Source: Candidatus Woesearchaeota archaeon
GTDB taxonomy: Archaea > Nanobdellota > Nanobdellia > Woesearchaeales > DSVV01
NCBI GenBank assembly: GCA_038884615.1
Contig: JAWABL010000004.1
Location: 4,479-68,478, forward strand
Reading direction: 5' to 3'
DNA: 64,000 bases
Made by a program: the position numbers and the translations under genes. The notes under the pieces are model-generated. The model was not told the DNA's origin. It saw only the letters and a list, made by a program, of their open reading frames with translations, and did no database searches. How positions within the stretch are numbered: the stretch's first letter is position 1; each line of letters starts with the position of its first letter. Shown piece after piece: positions 50,398 to 60,190 of the stretch.

Positions 50398-51310
50398 CCT
50401 TGCCTTTGCTCCCAAAAAGAACCATCTTGGCCATCACAATCTCTTTTATTGCATTTCTCGCAGTAGCGAAAATCTTTCTTGGGTCATATATATTTGGGTT
50501 TGTAGATAGATATTCTCTTATTGCTTCTGTAGCAGTAATTCTAAGGTCAGTATCTATGTTGATTTTTGAGATTCCTAATTTACAGGCCTTCTTTATGCTT
50601 TCCGGATCAACGCCTCTCGCGCCTTCAAGAAGCATTCCTGACTTAAGACCGTTGTTTACAATATCAGATGGGATTTCAGAAGCGCCGTGCAAAACCAATG
50701 GAATTTTGACATTCGTGCTTATTTTTCTGAGCCTTTCAAAATCAAGTTTTGGTTTGCCACTGAACTTATAAGGGCCATGGCTTGTGCCTATTGCTATGGC
50801 AAGGCAGTCAACGCCGGTTCTTTTTATAAATTCGACTGCTTCATATGGATCTGTAAAAAAAGATTCTCGTGTTGCAACATTATCCTCGGCGCCTCTTATC
50901 ATTCCAAGCTCACCCTCAACGCTCACATTTTTTGGCTTGGCCATGCTTACAACCTTCTTTGTGATAGCAATATTATCCTCAAAAGATAGATGCGAGCCAT
51001 CAATCATAACAGAAGTAAAGCCAGCTGTGATGCATTTTTTTATTATTGTTATGTCCCTTCCATGGTCAAGATGAAGCGATATAGGAACTTTTGCATTCTT
51101 CCCTGCCGCTTTTACTATTGAAATAATCATCTCAACTCCGCAATAATGTACGCTGTGCTCACTTACTGCAAGTATAACCGGCGAGTTGCATTCAAAAGCA
51201 GCATCAATGACCGCCTTAACGCTCTCCATATTGTAAACATTGAAGGCTCCGATAGCATAATGGCCTCTGCGCGCTTTTTCCAGAATTCTCTTTGTTGATA
51301 CAATTGACAT
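50387..51310 (-). CDS. fba: Class II fructose/tagatose-bisphosphate aldolase
   Basis: YAIGAFNVYNMESVKAVIDAAFECNSPVILAVSE, LHLDHG and MIDGSHLSFEDNIA are zinc-aldolase motifs. Confidence 0.85.
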   Translation of the reverse strand: MSIVSTKRILEKARRGHYAIGAFNVYNMESVKAVIDAAFECNSPVILAVSEHSVHYCGVEMIISIVKAAGKNAKVPISLHLDHGRDITIIKKCITAGFTSVMIDGSHLSFEDNIAITKKVVSMAKPKNVSVEGELGMIRGAEDNVATRESFFTDPYEAVEFIKRTGVDCLAIAIGTSHGPYKFSGKPKLDFERLRKISTNVKIPLVLHGASEIPSDIVNNGLKSGMLLEGARGVDPESIKKACKLGISKINIDTDLRITATEAIREYLSTNPNIYDPRKIFATARNAIKEIVMAKMVLFGSKGKARL

Positions 51311-51545
51311 ATCAGTTAGTTCTTTTAAATAATCCTATTTAAATATTTACTTTTATCTTAAACTTTTTTGTTTTTATTAAATCTTATAATTCTTTATATA
51401 TTCTACCTTATATATCCTATTTTATATACTATCTGTTGTACTTTGTCAATCAATTACCTATATCATTTTATCTTTATTTTACATTTTATCTCATACCACA
51501 TCATATAATGTAATACAAATACAAAATTTTATAAATATGTAAATT

Positions 51546-52388
51546 GTGCTTCACAAAATGAAAGAGCGGGTTACACTCACATTAGAATCAAGTATTCTTT
51601 CACAGATTGATAGTCAGGTAGATGGCTTTAAGGTTAAGAACAGAAGCCATGCAATAGAACTTTTGCTTTTAAAAAGTCTTGGGAAAGATATACCAAAAAC
51701 AGGGTTTATCCTCGCAGGTGGACGAGGGACGAGACTTAAGCCGATAACTAATGAGATACCAAAACCAATGATACCTCTGCATGACAAGCCGATTATTGAG
51801 CACACTATTGACCTTTTCAAGAAATATGGCATTAGAAGAATAATCATCAGTATAGGCTACAAGGGTGACAAAATAAAAGAGTATTTTGGTGATGGCAGGC
51901 GCATAGGGCTTAATATCCTATATATAGAAGAAAAAGAACCTCTTGGTACAGCGGGGCCATTGAACCTTGTAAAGCCTTTTATAAACGACACCTTTATCAT
52001 GTGCAACGCCGATGAGCTTAAGGATATTGACCTTAATGAGATGTATTTACAACACAAAGAAAGCAAGGCAGTTGCTACGATAGCTCTGACTACCGTAGAG
52101 AATCCTTCTTCGTTTGGTGTGGTTAAGCTGAAGGGAAATAGGATTGTAGAGTTCATTGAAAAACCAAAACATGCTCCTAGCAAGCTTATAAACGCGGGTT
52201 TGTATATGCTCGAGCCTGAGATATTTAGTTATGCACCTCAACAAGTGGGTTCTATTGAGAAGGATGTGTTTCCAAAGCTCGCAAAGGAGGGTAAGCTCTT
52301 TGGTTTTCCTTTTGATGGTCAGTGGTTTGATACAGGAACTATGGAAAGGTACCAGGAAGCAATTGAGAAGTGGAAGGACATTAATTAA
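51546..52388 (+). CDS. Sugar-phosphate nucleotidyltransferase (G1P thymidylyl/uridylyl-transferase-like) with an N-terminal ribbon-helix-helix-like extension
   Basis: GFILAGGRGTRLKPITNEIPKPMIPL is the NTP-transferase signature. The preceding ~45 aa (ERVTLTLESSILSQIDSQVDGFKVKNRSHAIELLLLKSL) resemble a CopG/RHH fold. Confidence 0.75.
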   Translation: MLHKMKERVTLTLESSILSQIDSQVDGFKVKNRSHAIELLLLKSLGKDIPKTGFILAGGRGTRLKPITNEIPKPMIPLHDKPIIEHTIDLFKKYGIRRIIISIGYKGDKIKEYFGDGRRIGLNILYIEEKEPLGTAGPLNLVKPFINDTFIMCNADELKDIDLNEMYLQHKESKAVATIALTTVENPSSFGVVKLKGNRIVEFIEKPKHAPSKLINAGLYMLEPEIFSYAPQQVGSIEKDVFPKLAKEGKLFGFPFDGQWFDTGTMERYQEAIEKWKDIN

Positions 52389-52390
52389 AA

Positions 52391-53710
52391 ATGAGCGTAT
52401 TTAAGGCATATGATATACGTGGTGTATATCCAAGAGAGATTAATGAAACTCTTGCATACATGATAGGACGGGCATTTGTAATATTTCTTTCCTGCAAAAA
52501 GGTTGTTGTCGGAAGAGATGCAAGGCTCTCAAGTCCATCTCTTTTTGAGGCTCTTACAAGGGGCATTACAGACCAAGGTGCAGATGTTATGGACATAGGT
52601 GTTTGCACCACTCCATTAGTTAGTTTTGCTGTTGCAAGCAAAGAACTTGATGCTGGAATAATGATAAGTGCGTCGCACAACCCTTCACAGTACAATGCTT
52701 TTAAGATAATCGGAAAAAGGGCGGTGCAGTTGCATAAGGATACAGGAATTGAGAATATTAGACAGATTGTTGAAAAGGGAGTTTTCCCCGATGCAAAAAA
52801 AGGCAGGATAATCCATTTTAAAATATTGGAGGATTATATATCGCATATTATGAGTTTTGTAGTTGGAATAAAAGGTATAAAAATTGTAGTTGATTATGGC
52901 AACGGTGTTGGCTCTATAACTGCGAAGCCTGTATTTGCAAAGTTGCCTATCAAAGTCATAGGGATGTTTGAGGAACCAGACGGAACCTTTCCTAATCATC
53001 CTGCGAATCCTCATGATGTAGAGAATATAGCTCCTTTACAAAAAAAGGTTCTTGAGGAAAAAGCAGATGTCGGGCTTTTTTTTGACGGAGATGGAGACCG
53101 ATGCCTTTTTGTGGATGAACATGGCAAAATAGTTTTTCCAGATCTTTTGCTTGCGCTTCTTGCTCAGGCAGAGCTTGCAAAGCATACACACGAGAAAGTA
53201 TACTTTGATCTTAGATTCAGCAGGGTTGTAAAGGATGTGATTGAAAGAAGCGGCGGCATTCCTGTTATGATGCGTGTTGGCAATCCTTATTACAAAGAGA
53301 AGCTTGTTTACGAGGGTGGCGTCTGCGGTGGAGAATTTTCGGGGCATATGTTTTTTAGGGATAATTACTGCATTGATGATGGGCTTTTTGCAGCAATTAA
53401 ACTTTTATCTTTGTTATCCTCAAAAGGCAGGCCTCTTTCAGAGCTTATAAACCCTCTTAAGGTTTATTTTTCGTCTGAAGAGATAAGTCTTCATGTGAAA
53501 GACACCGATTCTGTAATTGAAAAAGTTAGAAGAGAATTTTCAGATGGAGAAAACATAGAGCTAGATGGCTTGTTGATACAATATTCTGATTGGTGGTTTA
53601 GCCTAAGAAAGTCAAATACAGAACCTCTAGTCAGACTGCGCCTTGAGGCAAATACTGCTGAAAAACTTGAAAGGATGCGTTCAAAACTATTTTCCATTAT
53701 TAAAAGCTAG
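52391..53710 (+). CDS. Phosphoglucomutase/phosphomannomutase (alpha-D-phosphohexomutase)
   Basis: The active-site Ser loop is ISASHNP. The metal-binding motif is FFDGDGDRC. The sugar-binding motif is GGEFSGH. Confidence 0.9.
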   Translation: MSVFKAYDIRGVYPREINETLAYMIGRAFVIFLSCKKVVVGRDARLSSPSLFEALTRGITDQGADVMDIGVCTTPLVSFAVASKELDAGIMISASHNPSQYNAFKIIGKRAVQLHKDTGIENIRQIVEKGVFPDAKKGRIIHFKILEDYISHIMSFVVGIKGIKIVVDYGNGVGSITAKPVFAKLPIKVIGMFEEPDGTFPNHPANPHDVENIAPLQKKVLEEKADVGLFFDGDGDRCLFVDEHGKIVFPDLLLALLAQAELAKHTHEKVYFDLRFSRVVKDVIERSGGIPVMMRVGNPYYKEKLVYEGGVCGGEFSGHMFFRDNYCIDDGLFAAIKLLSLLSSKGRPLSELINPLKVYFSSEEISLHVKDTDSVIEKVRREFSDGENIELDGLLIQYSDWWFSLRKSNTEPLVRLRLEANTAEKLERMRSKLFSIIKS

Positions 53711-53751
53711 CAAGTTAGGAACTAAGTTAGGGGCTAATAAGCTGGATTGCG

Positions 53752-54615
53752 CTAGGCGTTGCGAGAAAGCATAATAACTGCATCCTCTATCATTTTAATC
53801 TGCTTTTTAAGCCTGCCAAAAATAGCTTCACAGTTTACATATCTAATATTCATTTTTCCACAGTAATATGACATAGAACCGTCATTAATATGCTCTCTTG
53901 CAAGAACAGTATTATACCCTTTTTTTCTCATATAATGAAAGTCCTGTTCATGTGTAACAAGGAAAAAGTCGTCAGGCTCACTGTCATTTATGAAAACTTC
54001 CTTTGCTTGCTTAATAAACTCGTCGTCTTCAAGATAACTACGCGCAGAAAAATCCTTTCCATTTTTGCTTCGGAAATCAACATTATTGTGGACAGCGAGA
54101 ACAGGGCTATTTGGCAAAAGAGAGGACTTAACTACCTCTGCAAGCTTGTTCACGAGCCTTGTAGATTCGGCGTCTGCCTTTGAGTATCCATTGCCGCAGT
54201 AATTATTTAGTGTTCCAACAATCCCTTCAATAGTATAAATCCTATTTGGGTCAAATCTGTAAGACTTTCCATTGTTGTCAAAACATATCAACCTTTCTGG
54301 CTTTTGGCCTTCAATTACGACAAGTCTGCCTCCTTTTGTCTCATGCACAATCCTTGCAGCCTCAATCGCAGTTTTTTCGTTCTGATGAACCCAAAGATAA
54401 GTAATGTATGCACCAGATTTATTCTTGTTTACAACATTAATCAAAGAATTTCCGAGTCTTATAGGATAATATTCAGAGCGAACAGCGTCAGCGACGCTAT
54501 TTGTAGATTTAATGGTCCCGGTACCATCTACAATAACGGCTCTTCCTAATGTTCTAGATGCTTCTGCATTAGATGCATATTTATGGGTATATATTGAGCA
54601 ATATTCTGCACACAC
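53752..54615 (-). CDS. Hypothetical protein
   Basis: 287-aa ORF. No confident family assignment. Confidence 0.4.
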   Translation of the reverse strand: MCAEYCSIYTHKYASNAEASRTLGRAVIVDGTGTIKSTNSVADAVRSEYYPIRLGNSLINVVNKNKSGAYITYLWVHQNEKTAIEAARIVHETKGGRLVVIEGQKPERLICFDNNGKSYRFDPNRIYTIEGIVGTLNNYCGNGYSKADAESTRLVNKLAEVVKSSLLPNSPVLAVHNNVDFRSKNGKDFSARSYLEDDEFIKQAKEVFINDSEPDDFFLVTHEQDFHYMRKKGYNTVLAREHINDGSMSYYCGKMNIRYVNCEAIFGRLKKQIKMIEDAVIMLSRNA

Positions 54616-55101
54616 TCCTAAAAAAGCATATTTTAAAAATCCCTTCTACAGAGATTGGTATTCATCTTCTTTATTTTTATTCTTTTTACTTTTTTGTCTA
54701 TTTATCTATATATCGCTATCTATATTACTATTATAATCTCTATATATGTTTATATATCAATATATGTATATCAATATATATAATTATCAAATATCAATTA
54801 TCTAATTTCAATATCATACCAATATTATCAATATAATGTCTTCTTTTTTATGTATTATTATGTATACTTATCTATAATATACTTTTTATTATCTCTATAT
54901 CTCCTATATCTATAATTCTATGACTTCAATATAATTATAATTTTTAATAATTATAATACTTTATATATAACTTGGTTAAGGATAAAAACATTAAATTTAA
55001 ATACCACTGGCTTCTTGCTAAATAAGGAGAGAAAAAGGAAGAAAAGCAATCAAAAGCTTTTTTCTCAATTAATAAAAGTTGTTTTCGGGTGAAAAAGACT
55101 G
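54616..55101. repeat. AT-rich low-complexity intergenic region (degenerate TATA/ATATC-type microrepeats) between divergent genes
   Basis: About 480 bp composed of irregular ta/tat/tatc repeats. There is no regular repeat-spacer periodicity. It is a probable divergent promoter region. Confidence 0.5.
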
Positions 55102-55644
55102 ATGAAACGGTTGAAAGCGGTTTCACCGTGTTTAAGAGAAAAAAAACGTTATTTGGCGTATGAAGTTTTATCTAAACAACCAATAAATGATAAAAAAGTG
55201 TTATTTGACGCCTTAAACAAATCTTTTATAGACTATTTAGGGCAACTTGAGGCAGGAAAAGCAAGCATTATAATTATGCCTGAGATATATATACCAGTAT
55301 ATAAACAATCTTGCACACAAGGTACTATAAGAGGTACTATAGGTAATGTAACACCAAATAATGAAATATTGAAGACAGAAAGCAAAAGCATGGAAGATTT
55401 TGTACAGAATAAGTATAACAAATATAAAAAACAATATAATGAACCTATAAATAATTATACTATAAATAAGTATATAATAAATGGTATAATTAAAGTGAAC
55501 AACAAGTATGTAGACCATGTCAGGGCATCGCTTTGCTTTGTAAATAGGGTAGGAGAACAAGATGTTATTGTAAGGAGTATAAAAGTTTCAGGAATGATAG
55601 GCAAAATAAAAAGGCATATAATAGATAGAAAGATGGCGATGTAG
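55102..55644 (+). CDS. RNase P protein component Pop5/Rpp14-like, with a low-complexity insertion
   Basis: The N-terminus (LKAVSPCLREKKRYLAYEVLS) matches the Pop5 signature (L-x-x-x-L-R-x-K-x-R-Y-(L/I)-x-F-E-(V/I)). It sits in the conserved slot upstream of psmA in the archaeal exosome superoperon. An N/K/Y-rich insert of about 50 aa is present. Confidence 0.55.
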   Translation: MKRLKAVSPCLREKKRYLAYEVLSKQPINDKKVLFDALNKSFIDYLGQLEAGKASIIIMPEIYIPVYKQSCTQGTIRGTIGNVTPNNEILKTESKSMEDFVQNKYNKYKKQYNEPINNYTINKYIINGIIKVNNKYVDHVRASLCFVNRVGEQDVIVRSIKVSGMIGKIKRHIIDRKMAM

Positions 55645-55834
55645 AGGTGTAAAAAGCGCATAAAGCATAAAAAACAGCCACTTTTAGTTTTAATATTTAA
55701 AATTAATTTAAAATAAATATTTAGGATAGATATTTAGAATAATAAGAATAATAAATTTTTAGAAAAAAATACCTTTTTTAGAAAAAGAAAAAAAATGAAT
55801 AATAACTTAGACAAACTAGCTGGAGGATGATAAA

Positions 55835-56590
55835 ATGCAACCGATGAATCATCAGATAATGGGTTATGACCGGGCAATAACAATGTTTAGTCCAGATGGA
55901 AGGCTACTTCAAGTAGAGTATGCTAAAAAAACCGTGAAGCAGGGAAGCACTGCTATTGGCATTGTATGTAAAGATGGAGTGCTTCTGTGCACTGACAAAC
56001 GCATAGTTGACCCTCTTGTAGTTCCAGAGTCTGTGGAAAAGATATGGCAGATTGACGATCATATTGCAGCCACTGCTTCAGGTATCCTCTCTGACGCAAG
56101 AGTGCTTATTGAGCGTGCACAGTTAAAGGCGCAGCAATACAAAGTTACATATGATGGCCCTATTGACACTGTTTCAATCATAAAAGACATGTGCAACCTT
56201 ATGCAGTTGTGTACACAATCAGGTGGGCTAAGGCCTTTTGGCGTGTCTATTCTCGTTGCTGGTATAGACAATGGAACTCCTAAGCTTTTTGAAACAGACC
56301 CTACAGGCATATACTTCCAGTACAAAGCAGCAGCCATTGGAGAAGGTGAAACAGAAGCCGAGGAAATACTAAACAAAGAGTATAAGCCAGATATAACTAC
56401 TGAAGAGGGGCTTAAGCTTGCTGTAAAGGCGCTTGCGCATTCACTAAACTATAATGTTACAATTGAAAGGCTTGACTGCGTCATGATTGCGACAAAGGAT
56501 AAGACTTTTATACGGGTTCCTCAGGAGAAAATATCAAGAATTCTTGCTGATATTAAACCAACCTCTGATGTGAAGAAAAAGCGACAGTGA
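55835..56590 (+). CDS. psmA: Proteasome subunit alpha
   Basis: YDRAITMFSPDGRLLQVEYA is the alpha-subunit N-terminal signature. The rest follows the Ntn-hydrolase fold pattern. Confidence 0.95.
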   Translation: MQPMNHQIMGYDRAITMFSPDGRLLQVEYAKKTVKQGSTAIGIVCKDGVLLCTDKRIVDPLVVPESVEKIWQIDDHIAATASGILSDARVLIERAQLKAQQYKVTYDGPIDTVSIIKDMCNLMQLCTQSGGLRPFGVSILVAGIDNGTPKLFETDPTGIYFQYKAAAIGEGETEAEEILNKEYKPDITTEEGLKLAVKALAHSLNYNVTIERLDCVMIATKDKTFIRVPQEKISRILADIKPTSDVKKKRQ

Positions 56591-56609
56591 TTAAAAAAGG
56601 TGTTTTAAA

Positions 56610-57332
56610 ATGGTTGATGTAGACAAGGCAATAATTGCACGGTTTAAGACGCAGGGCATTGTTTTTGAGGTTCTTGTTGATTGTGATTTGGCATTGGCTT
56701 TAAAAGGAGGCCAGAGCGTAGACATGCATGATGTTCTTGCAGTTCAGAAGGTATTTAATGATGCAAGGAAAGCGATGGTTGCGCCAGAAAACCAGCTTAT
56801 CCAGATATTTGGTACCTCCGATGTTTTTTCTGTGGCAAAAGATATAATAATAAAAGGCGAAGTTCAAATAACTGCAGAGCACAGGGCAAAAATTCTGGAA
56901 GAAAAAAGAAAAAGAATACTTTATACAATCCATAAAAATGGCGTTGACCCAAAAACCCATTTGCCTCACCCTATAACAAGGCTTGAGCTTGCATTTGAAG
57001 AGGCGAAAATAAGGATTGACGAGTATCAAAGTGAAGAGAAGCAGATCAAAGAAATTCTGAAAAAGCTAAGACCTATTCTTCCTATTGCTTTTGAGAAAAA
57101 GGAAGTTGCTGTAAAGATACCTCCTGAGTTTGGCCATAAGGCATACCAGGCAGTAAAGAATTTTGGTGAACTTAAAAAGGACGAATGGCAGAACGATGGA
57201 AGCTGGGTTGCAGTGGTTGAAATACCAGCAGGGCTTCAGGCAGAGTTTTTTGAGAAGCTAAATAGCCTTACTCATGGCAGTGTTGAAAGCAAAATCCTAA
57301 AAACAACGAGGAGTGAAAATGACAAAGAGTGA
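56610..57332 (+). CDS. SBDS-family ribosome maturation protein (Sdo1)
   Basis: IARFKTQGIVFEVLVDCDLALALKGG is the FYSH domain N-terminus typical of archaeal SBDS. It sits in the conserved position between psmA and rrp4. Confidence 0.9.
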   Translation: MVDVDKAIIARFKTQGIVFEVLVDCDLALALKGGQSVDMHDVLAVQKVFNDARKAMVAPENQLIQIFGTSDVFSVAKDIIIKGEVQITAEHRAKILEEKRKRILYTIHKNGVDPKTHLPHPITRLELAFEEAKIRIDEYQSEEKQIKEILKKLRPILPIAFEKKEVAVKIPPEFGHKAYQAVKNFGELKKDEWQNDGSWVAVVEIPAGLQAEFFEKLNSLTHGSVESKILKTTRSENDKE

Positions 57333-58089
57333 ATTAATTGCAAAAGACAAGTGCGTGGTTGTTCCAGGCGAAGTGCTTGTAGAAGGGATGGACTATTTGC
57401 CGGGTTTCGGTACTTATAGGCTTGGTGAAAGAATACTTGCCTCACGACTAGGGCTTGTAAACATAGACGGCAGGGCGATTAAAATAATACCCTTAAGTGG
57501 GAGATATCTACCAAAGAGGAATGATGTGATAATTGGCAGAGTGATTGATGTAACTCTTAATGGTTGGAGGCTTGACATAAATAGCGCATACACAGCAATG
57601 CTTATGATAAAGGATGGAACAAGCGATTTTGTTAACAAAGGCGCAGACCTTACTCAGTACTATAATCTTGGTGACTATATAGTATGCAAGATAATAAATG
57701 TAACCACACAAAAGCTTGTTGATGTTACAATGAGAGGTCCGGGACTTAAAAAGCTTAAGAATGGAAGAATCTTAAAGGTGAATCCATTCAAGGTACCTAG
57801 GATAATTGGAAAGCAAGGCTCAATGGTTAGTATGATTAAGGATGCTACAAAGTGCTGGATAATAGTAGGTCAAAACGGCATTATCTGGCTGCAAGGAAAG
57901 CCAAGGGATGAGGTTATTGCAGTTCAGGCAATAAGGATGATTGAAAAAGAGGCGCACCTTCCAGGATTGACTGACAAGATAAAGCAACATTTGGAAAGCT
58001 TCTATGGAAAACAAGAGCAAAAAGAAACACAAAAAGAAATAAGATCTGAGCAGCTAAAATATGAAATAGGTGAAGAAGATGACTTATGA
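57313..58089 (+). CDS. rrp4: Exosome complex RNA-binding protein Rrp4 (S1 + KH)
   Basis: VVPGEVLVEG...PGFGTY is the N-terminal domain. An S1 domain is present (IIGRVIDVTLNGWRLDI). A KH domain is present (RIIGKQGSMVSMIKDATKCWIIVGQNG). Confidence 0.9.
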   Translation: MKMTKSELIAKDKCVVVPGEVLVEGMDYLPGFGTYRLGERILASRLGLVNIDGRAIKIIPLSGRYLPKRNDVIIGRVIDVTLNGWRLDINSAYTAMLMIKDGTSDFVNKGADLTQYYNLGDYIVCKIINVTTQKLVDVTMRGPGLKKLKNGRILKVNPFKVPRIIGKQGSMVSMIKDATKCWIIVGQNGIIWLQGKPRDEVIAVQAIRMIEKEAHLPGLTDKIKQHLESFYGKQEQKETQKEIRSEQLKYEIGEEDDL

Positions 58090-58804
58090 GAAAAGACCTT
58101 CAAATCGTGGGTTTACTGATGTTAGGCCTATAGAGGCAAAAGCAGGGATTATACCTAATGCAGATGGTTCTGCGTTTTTTAAAATTGGCAATACTACAGC
58201 TTATGCAGCTGTCTATGGACCCAGAGATTTGCATCCTAAGTTTTTGCAGGATCCATCAAAAGGCATTTTAAGGTGCAACTATAATATGATGCCTTTTGCA
58301 GGGATGGGTGAGCGAGTGAAGCCTGGTCCAAGCAGAAGATCACGCGAAATTTCAGTGGTAACTGAAAAAGCACTTCTTCCAGTGGTTGACTTAGACGAGT
58401 TCCCAAATGCAGTTGTTGATGTTTTTATTGAGCTTCCTGAGACAGATGCGGGTAGCCGTTGTGCAGGCATTTGTGCTGCTAGCATAGCTCTTGCAGACGC
58501 AGGAATCCCAATGAAAGACCTTGTAACAGCAGTGTCCATTGGCAAGGTTGATGATAAGCTACTTGTTGACCTTGAATATGAAGAAGAGGCGTATGAAGAA
58601 GGCCCTGTTGCTGATATACCTATTGCAATGGTTCCTTCAACAGGAAGGCTGTCATTGCTTCAGATGGACGGCGAAATAAAAAAGGAAGAACTCATAAAGC
58701 TTTTCGACATTGGGAAAAGTGCAATTATGAAGATATACGAAGCTCAGAAAAATGCTTTAAAAGAGAGGTATGCTATAGAAGCGGTGAGTAAAAATGAACA
58801 ATGA
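58070..58804 (+). CDS. rrp41: Exosome complex exonuclease Rrp41 (RNase PH domain)
   Basis: RPIEAKAGIIPNADGSAFFKIGNTTAYAAVYGPRD is the RNase PH core. It overlaps rrp4 by 20 nt. Confidence 0.9.
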   Translation: MKKMTYEKRPSNRGFTDVRPIEAKAGIIPNADGSAFFKIGNTTAYAAVYGPRDLHPKFLQDPSKGILRCNYNMMPFAGMGERVKPGPSRRSREISVVTEKALLPVVDLDEFPNAVVDVFIELPETDAGSRCAGICAASIALADAGIPMKDLVTAVSIGKVDDKLLVDLEYEEEAYEEGPVADIPIAMVPSTGRLSLLQMDGEIKKEELIKLFDIGKSAIMKIYEAQKNALKERYAIEAVSKNEQ

Positions 58805-59570
58805 TTTTAGGGTGCACATTATTGTTTCACTTAAAGAAAATATAAGGCTTGATGGAAGAAAGCTAGACGAATATAGACCTATAAAGATTCAGTATGGCGT
58901 TTCAAGGACAGCAGAAGGCTCTGCAATGGTATCTATCGGAGAAACAAAGGTGATTGCAGGAGTTAAGATGCTGATTGCAGAACCTTTTCCTGACAAACCT
59001 GATGAGGGTACTATCATGGTAAATGCAGAGCTTTTGCCAATGTCAAACCCTTTATTTGAACCAGGTCCGCCAGGGGATAATGCAATCGAGCTTGCAAGAG
59101 TTGTTGATAGAGGCATAAGGGAAAGCAAGGCTATTGATGTAAAAAAACTATTGATAAAAAAAGGTGAAAAGTGCTGGGTTGTTTCAATAGATATAATAAC
59201 CGTAAACGATAGTGGAAATCTATTTGATGCATCAGCGCTTGCAGCGGTTGCAGCCATACAGGACACTACCTTGCCTCTTTATGAGAACGATGAAATCAAC
59301 TATAAGAAACGAACAGAGGAAAGGCTTCCTATAACAAAGCTTCCAGTAAGCGTGACTGTTATAAAGATAGGTGACAGCTATATAGTTGATCCACTTCCTG
59401 AAGAGGAAGCTGCGTGCGATGCGCGGCTTACAGCAGCAACAACAGAAGATGGAACAATCTGTGCGCTTCAGAAAGGAGGTAATGAAACATTAAGCATTGA
59501 TGATGTATCGGCAATGCTTGATATAGCAATTGAAAAGGCAAGATATCTAAGGGGTTGCTTAAAAAGCTAA
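58794..59570 (+). CDS. rrp42: Exosome complex component Rrp42
   Basis: RLDGRKLDEYRPIKIQYGVSRTAEGSAMVSIGETKVIAGVK is the inactive RNase PH-like subunit pattern. It overlaps rrp41 by 11 nt. Confidence 0.9.
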   Translation: MNNDFRVHIIVSLKENIRLDGRKLDEYRPIKIQYGVSRTAEGSAMVSIGETKVIAGVKMLIAEPFPDKPDEGTIMVNAELLPMSNPLFEPGPPGDNAIELARVVDRGIRESKAIDVKKLLIKKGEKCWVVSIDIITVNDSGNLFDASALAAVAAIQDTTLPLYENDEINYKKRTEERLPITKLPVSVTVIKIGDSYIVDPLPEEEAACDARLTAATTEDGTICALQKGGNETLSIDDVSAMLDIAIEKARYLRGCLKS

Positions 59571-59677
59571 AATAAATACCTTCTAAATACAAGCATAAAT
59601 ACTCAATCTAGATTATAAAATATAATCTAAGAATATAATATAGGGGATTATAAAAATAGAAAGACTATGGTATGTTG

Positions 59678-59830
59678 CTAAGGTGTATTGCAACGGCAAA
59701 TCTCAATTCCTATTGGTATAACTTTGTATACTATAAGAAGTATTAAGATTATTCCTGCAATGAGCCCAAAAAAAAATCCCTTGAAAACATCAGACCACAT
59801 TCCTACAAAAGCATTTTTTAATTTAAGCAT
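59678..59830 (-). CDS. Possible small membrane protein (50 aa, below the ORF-track threshold)
   Basis: Hand-translated as MLKLKNAFVGMWSDVFKGFFFGLIAGIILILLIVYKVIPIGIEICRCNTP*, with a single TM helix. There is no homology evidence, so this is speculative. Confidence 0.2.
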   Translation of the reverse strand: MLKLKNAFVGMWSDVFKGFFFGLIAGIILILLIVYKVIPIGIEICRCNTP

Positions 59831-59894
59831 CTTCATCTCTTATCACCTTTTAAACTTTTATAGAAACTTATATAAATAATTTACCTTTTTATTG

Positions 59895-60059
59895 GGCACC
59901 GTTCAAAAAGTGTGTTAGCATCCACCGCGTATGCACATTCAGGAACAATATATGGGTTTGAAGTGAGTTGTTCCATACGGAGAACCGGATATTTTCATTT
60001 AAACGGAAAAGTGCCAACATGATGTTAAACCGACCGAAAACGAGATTTTGAACGCAGCC
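59895..60059 (-). repeat. MITE-like repeat element, copy 3 (reverse orientation)
   Basis: It is the reverse complement of the 24649-24813 family sequence, with more than 90% identity. It lies immediately upstream of the Sm gene. Confidence 0.8.
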
Positions 60060-60190
60060 CTTGCAAAAGAAAAGATTTAAATATGGTTCACAATTCCGCT
60101 GATTTAGTTTTATATATGTTTATTTTGATTTGGGATTAAATTTTAAGGTTGATTTTTTAACTTAGCAAGGTTTATATGGAGGTTATATTT

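Noticed and set aside
54616-55101. Possible CRISPR array or tandem repeat in the very AT-rich intergenic region
   Set aside because: The repeats are irregular ta/tat/tatc microsatellite-like runs with no fixed repeat length or unique spacers. It is better explained as a low-complexity divergent promoter region.
59688-59879. Track ORF of 63 aa on the plus strand
   Set aside because: Low-complexity sequence. It overlaps a more plausible minus-strand small TM ORF and lies in a promoter-like AT-rich region.
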